Shown here: positions 60,680 to 64,000 of the stretch, piece after piece
Position numbering within the stretch: position 1 is the first letter of the stretch
How the letters are laid out: each line of letters begins with the position of its first letter
DNA from: a virus
Lineage: Duplodnaviria; Heunggongvirae; Uroviricota; Caudoviricetes
DNA length: 64,000 nucleotides
Virus record (IMG/VR): IMGVR_UViG_3300031088_000799
Strand: one strand, 5' to 3'
The notes under the pieces: generated by a model
What the model was told of the DNA's origin: nothing
Databases searched by the model: none
The model's input: only the letters and a program-made list of their open reading frames with translations
Made by a program: the position numbers and the translations under genes

Positions 60680-61297
60680 TCATTTTTCAAAAAGCGGTAA
60701 AAAGTAAACAACATCAAAAATAGAGACATCTTCAATCGATTTATTCTCAACAATAAATGAATCCAATACATATTCATGAATGTGAGATATATTATTATTC
60801 AATAAATCAATAAAGTTAGAGTTTTTATTTAAAATATTTTTAGATGGAATATTGGCATAACTAATATATTTAATTTGATTTAAATTGTCACATTTAACAG
60901 AGTAATCAAGAAAATCAGAAGAAATATTTTGAGTATTGTAAGCATAATGAATATTATACAGATCACACCAATGAAAATTGATTTGTTGAGTACCTTTTTT
61001 AAGTTCACTAATGTAATATCCTTTAATGTCTTGACTAACACAACTTAAAGTAAGTAAAAAGGTGATGCCAGATTCATGTGTGAACATTAAATCATCTTTT
61101 TTTATAAATCCTAAAATATTAAGAAATTCTTCAATTTTTGAAATGGATAATTGAAAAATAACAAAAAAATATTTTTGATTAAGTATGTTTAAAAAATCTT
61201 GTTCTGAGCAGTCTAAGAAAGATTGCTCATTAAAAAAATATTCTTTCACTTTTGACTTTACAGGTTGTTGAAGACGTTCAATAACTAATTTAACCAT
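60680..61297 (-). CDS. 5' portion of the IS-disrupted Ct-motif family gene. Its last 6 codons and stop (LPLFEK*) are encoded by the IS right end.
   Basis: ...SIEDVSIFDVVYF then LPLFEK from the IS end. The homolog 56159-56905 continues ...YDVTYLRPRS... at the same point. Confidence 0.55.
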   Translation of the reverse strand: MVKLVIERLQQPVKSKVKEYFFNEQSFLDCSEQDFLNILNQKYFFVIFQLSISKIEEFLNILGFIKKDDLMFTHESGITFLLTLSCVSQDIKGYYISELKKGTQQINFHWCDLYNIHYAYNTQNISSDFLDYSVKCDNLNQIKYISYANIPSKNILNKNSNFIDLLNNNISHIHEYVLDSFIVENKSIEDVSIFDVVYFLPLFEK

Positions 61298-61312
61298 ATA
61301 CGTGACCCCGTA

Positions 61313-61966
61313 TCAGCAAAGTGCCATTTCTAAAACCAACGAGTCCTCATCTGAAAATAAGTCTACCAAAGATAAATAATCTTCGACTTTTGTAACTTCT
61401 CTATTTGGTTTACCCATTGCATTTAACAATACATTTAATTCATATGTATGTTCTTTAAGAATATATAGAACCTTTGTAATAACTCCATTTTCCTCTAAAA
61501 AAGAATCCATATAACATTTTTTATCATGACTTTTGCCAACACCATATCTATAGTAAATGGCACCATCATGTAATCGTGTTAACGCCGTTTTCTTAACAAT
61601 CGAAAACTTATCTTTTTTCCTGTATTCTGTTTCATACAAAGTGCCATCATAATTGAAACAATGAGAAAATACTGGTCCTTCGAAATAATAAATCATCAAA
61701 ATATTAAAGTATGATTTTTTACCTACAGAAACTCTTTGAAAAGTAATGCTATACTGATCATTTTCAACTTTTACTGTTTTGGATTTTGCAGGCATAGGAG
61801 TTTTATCTACTGAAAACCCATTAAGTTCCATAAAAAAACAAAAATCATCCTTGCTCATCTCAATAGCTAAGTTAGTTTTTGAAATATTAGTAGGATGCAA
61901 AATTTCATCAAAATTTGAAATTCTGGCAGTAAGATCTGTCATTGTACGCATGCAAAGAGTCTCCAA
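61313..61966 (-). CDS. hypothetical protein, possibly a divergent Ct-motif family member (...SLVDLFSDEDSLVLEMALC)
   Basis: 217 aa. Confidence 0.45.
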   Translation of the reverse strand: METLCMRTMTDLTARISNFDEILHPTNISKTNLAIEMSKDDFCFFMELNGFSVDKTPMPAKSKTVKVENDQYSITFQRVSVGKKSYFNILMIYYFEGPVFSHCFNYDGTLYETEYRKKDKFSIVKKTALTRLHDGAIYYRYGVGKSHDKKCYMDSFLEENGVITKVLYILKEHTYELNVLLNAMGKPNREVTKVEDYLSLVDLFSDEDSLVLEMALC

Positions 61967-62267
61967 AAATGAAACAGATGTTTAGACAACATCTGTTGGG
62001 TTACGCATAGCTCCAGCACATGGCACTTCAAGCTCAATCCATTCACTATCATTACGAGAAACGAATGCTTCCTTTACATCATAATCCAGTTCTTCTACAT
62101 CGGATTCACTTGCCACAGACTCTGCAATATCAGCCATCAATGATTGTTTCATAATAGTTAACTCCATCTATGTATAGATCATCATAATACCACAAATTAA
62201 ATTAAAGATAAAGGTTTTTTCAAGGTTGACGTATTAAAAAAAATAAGGTATTATAAAATCCTTAATT

Positions 62268-63377
62268 ATGGGGATTTTTATGGATGGAAAAATAGTTTTT
62301 TGTAAAGATGGTATATTAAGATTTCAATCTGACGTTGATCCAAATCGACTAGTACCTTTTGTTGCTATTCAAAAAGCATTGAAAATTGATGGATACAAAT
62401 TTTTCATCCAAAATATCAAAAAAACAATCGTGCTTGAAAAAGGCAGCACAATGGGTTCGTTCATGATTTGTTTAGAACCTTGGGCAGAAGTTGCTGGTGA
62501 TTTATTAGACATGGATATTGAAGCTTACATTAAAGAAGCTCGTAAACCATCCACTGCAGAAAATGTTTTTGATAGAATTGAAGTCAGACGTAGTATGTCT
62601 ATTAGCCGAGAAATAGACTTTGGTGAAAGAGATAAAAATATGGATCTTCTTGAATGGTTAAATACACCAAAAACACCAACCTATTTAAATGTATTCGATA
62701 TAGAATCATCATTTGATATTAATGGATACACTGATGGTGATCCAAGCAACTATTCAATGTCAATGACCAGTATCGATAAACTTAAAAATGTGCCATTAGT
62801 ATTAAATCGTTCTATTGTTTTAATGGAATTTGAAAGTGCAAACGCAGAAGAAAAAGGACTGGTTGTCAATAAAGAAACAATAGGCGTTAATCACTATGAT
62901 TATATTAATTACATTGAAAGTTCATCTGAAGATAGTTTTTCTTTATATGAAATTATAAAAGTAGTATTCTGTGATGGATTATGGAGTTATTCACCAGAAA
63001 GTGCAGCCATACAAACAGAAATGATAAAAGGGTCCATTAAAGATCTTGAAGAAAAAAGAGAACAAGATAAAAAAATCAAAGAAAATGAAGATGCTAAACC
63101 AAAGTTAAAAGTAGTTGCATCAGATGGAGAACGTATCCATGAGGAATCCGATGAAGATGATGAATCTACTAAAAAACCATTAAAAGTCGAAATAGCAGAA
63201 GGTGCATTTAGTTCAATTGGTAGACATTATGAACGCGAAGGTGAAGAATGGAAATATATCAGTAATCTAGTTGATAAAAGTGATATTATGATTGGTGTAG
63301 TTGATGAAGATATTGTTAAAGATCGTCGTCTTCGTGGATGTCTACTTGATGAACCACCAAAACAAAAAGAATGGTAA
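62268..63377 (+). CDS. hypothetical protein with acidic Lys/Glu-rich C-terminus (369 aa)
   Basis: Long ORF. Terminator follows. Confidence 0.5.
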   Translation: MGIFMDGKIVFCKDGILRFQSDVDPNRLVPFVAIQKALKIDGYKFFIQNIKKTIVLEKGSTMGSFMICLEPWAEVAGDLLDMDIEAYIKEARKPSTAENVFDRIEVRRSMSISREIDFGERDKNMDLLEWLNTPKTPTYLNVFDIESSFDINGYTDGDPSNYSMSMTSIDKLKNVPLVLNRSIVLMEFESANAEEKGLVVNKETIGVNHYDYINYIESSSEDSFSLYEIIKVVFCDGLWSYSPESAAIQTEMIKGSIKDLEEKREQDKKIKENEDAKPKLKVVASDGERIHEESDEDDESTKKPLKVEIAEGAFSSIGRHYEREGEEWKYISNLVDKSDIMIGVVDEDIVKDRRLRGCLLDEPPKQKEW

Positions 63378-63380
63378 CTA

Positions 63381-63408
63381 AAAGAGCAACTACAGTTGCT
63401 CTTTTTGC
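63381..63408. terminator. bidirectional intrinsic terminator agagcaactacagttgctct + T-run
   Basis: 8-bp stem between convergent genes. Confidence 0.7.
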
Positions 63409-63836
63409 ATTCGTCCTTGTAATGTTTTTGCCGAGGCTAACATTACAATTTCCAAACATCCGATAATAATAGCAAAAGACTTAGATAATGGTCCAGCAGA
63501 TTCAATTAGAAATGGAGCTACCAACCCTACTAACAATAACGCATGGTAAATAATAAAACTAAAATCCAATTTAAGTGAAGTTGAAATAGCAGAATATAAA
63601 GCGACTTTTACACGCTCGGATGAGGCAGATATCATTAACATTCTATAAATAATCATAAGAGCCATACCTACAAGATACAACGTGGCCAGAAAGTAAACAC
63701 AACGTGCAAGATGATATCCATACAATAAATATAGAATGGCAGATCCTGAATAGAGACTTGCAACTAAATAGCCAGCAATGTCAGAAGCTGACTTTATTTT
63801 TTTTTCGAAATCTTTATCTATTGATTGAACGGTCAT
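63390..63836 (-). CDS. small multi-TM membrane protein (148 aa)
   Basis: Hydrophobic segments throughout. Confidence 0.5.
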   Translation of the reverse strand: MTVQSIDKDFEKKIKSASDIAGYLVASLYSGSAILYLLYGYHLARCVYFLATLYLVGMALMIIYRMLMISASSERVKVALYSAISTSLKLDFSFIIYHALLLVGLVAPFLIESAGPLSKSFAIIIGCLEIVMLASAKTLQGRMQKEQL

Positions 63837-64000
63837 AATCTTCTCCTGATTCTTTTAGTATAGCATAATCACCAAAAAAAGCATAGTAAAAGAAAACAAA
63901 ATAATAATGTTAAACAAAAAAATATTGTAAATATAAGATTATTAAATATTACAATATTATTACAGGAAAATAATATTGCGGCAGACAATCAATGTTAAAA

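Larger units (their letters stand above)
58024..60700 (+). mobile_element. IS607-like insertion sequence (serine-recombinase tnpA pseudogene + tnpB), ~2.7 kb, inserted in a family gene
   Basis: Inverted subterminal hairpin motifs: TGATCAAATCTGATCA at 58041-58056 and TGATCAGATTTGATCA at 60668-60683. The right end ...GCGGTAA at 60700 is exactly duplicated at 12715-12756. The host gene is split precisely around it. Confidence 0.7.

Overview
This is AT-rich DNA (GC roughly in the high 20s % by eye) with clear prokaryotic expression signals. Evidence for that: AGGAG/GAGG Shine-Dalgarno sites 7-10 nt before start codons, TTGACA/TATAAT-like promoters, and more than 15 intrinsic terminators (GC stem plus T-run), several of them bidirectional between convergent genes. 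It therefore comes from a bacterium or a phage, not a eukaryotic giant virus. Coding density is high, most genes lie on the minus strand, and many adjacent genes have 0-15 bp gaps or 4-bp overlaps, which looks operon-like.

Recognisable genes are gammaproteobacterial in type:
- tyrS (S4-domain TyrRS, closely E. coli-like)
- serS (closely E. coli-like)
- NAD-dependent DNA ligase ligA
- a SohB/SppA S49 peptidase that lacks its membrane anchor
- a NUDIX hydrolase
- an SPFH/band-7 protein
- a BI-1/YccA membrane protein
- a small 2OG-Fe(II) oxygenase
- two tRNA genes, one of them tRNA-Pro(UGG) with encoded CCA
- a ThrRS reduced to its catalytic and anticodon-binding core

These are scattered through roughly 30 copies of a fast-diverging 200-310 aa paralogous gene family. 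The family is defined by a conserved C-terminal tail of the form [T/S]xEEL..Y..L..M..I, and serS sits inside one of its tandem arrays. Four other things stand out:
1. A Thr-codon leader-peptide attenuator sits just upstream of the truncated thrS.
2. An IS607-like element has split one family gene. It carries a poly-A-frameshifted serine recombinase and a TnpB homolog with no zinc finger. A solo copy of its right end lies inside another disrupted family gene.
3. A structured tRNA-like RNA with two tandem T-arm hairpins lies next to the tRNA genes.
4. There are several smaller paralog sets: three Cys-rich mini-proteins beside the oxygenase, four tandem 4-TM proteins, two 600-730 aa proteins that share a C-terminal domain, and secreted proteins with a shared N-terminal motif.

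Best overall reading: an accessory-rich region of a huge (jumbo) phage or other large mobile element from an AT-rich gammaproteobacterium. The argument for this is the truncated translation-related genes plus tRNAs plus ligase plus a gene-family swarm. A highly plastic endosymbiont-like chromosome is the alternative I cannot exclude. All coordinates that I placed by hand carry an error of about 1-2 nt.
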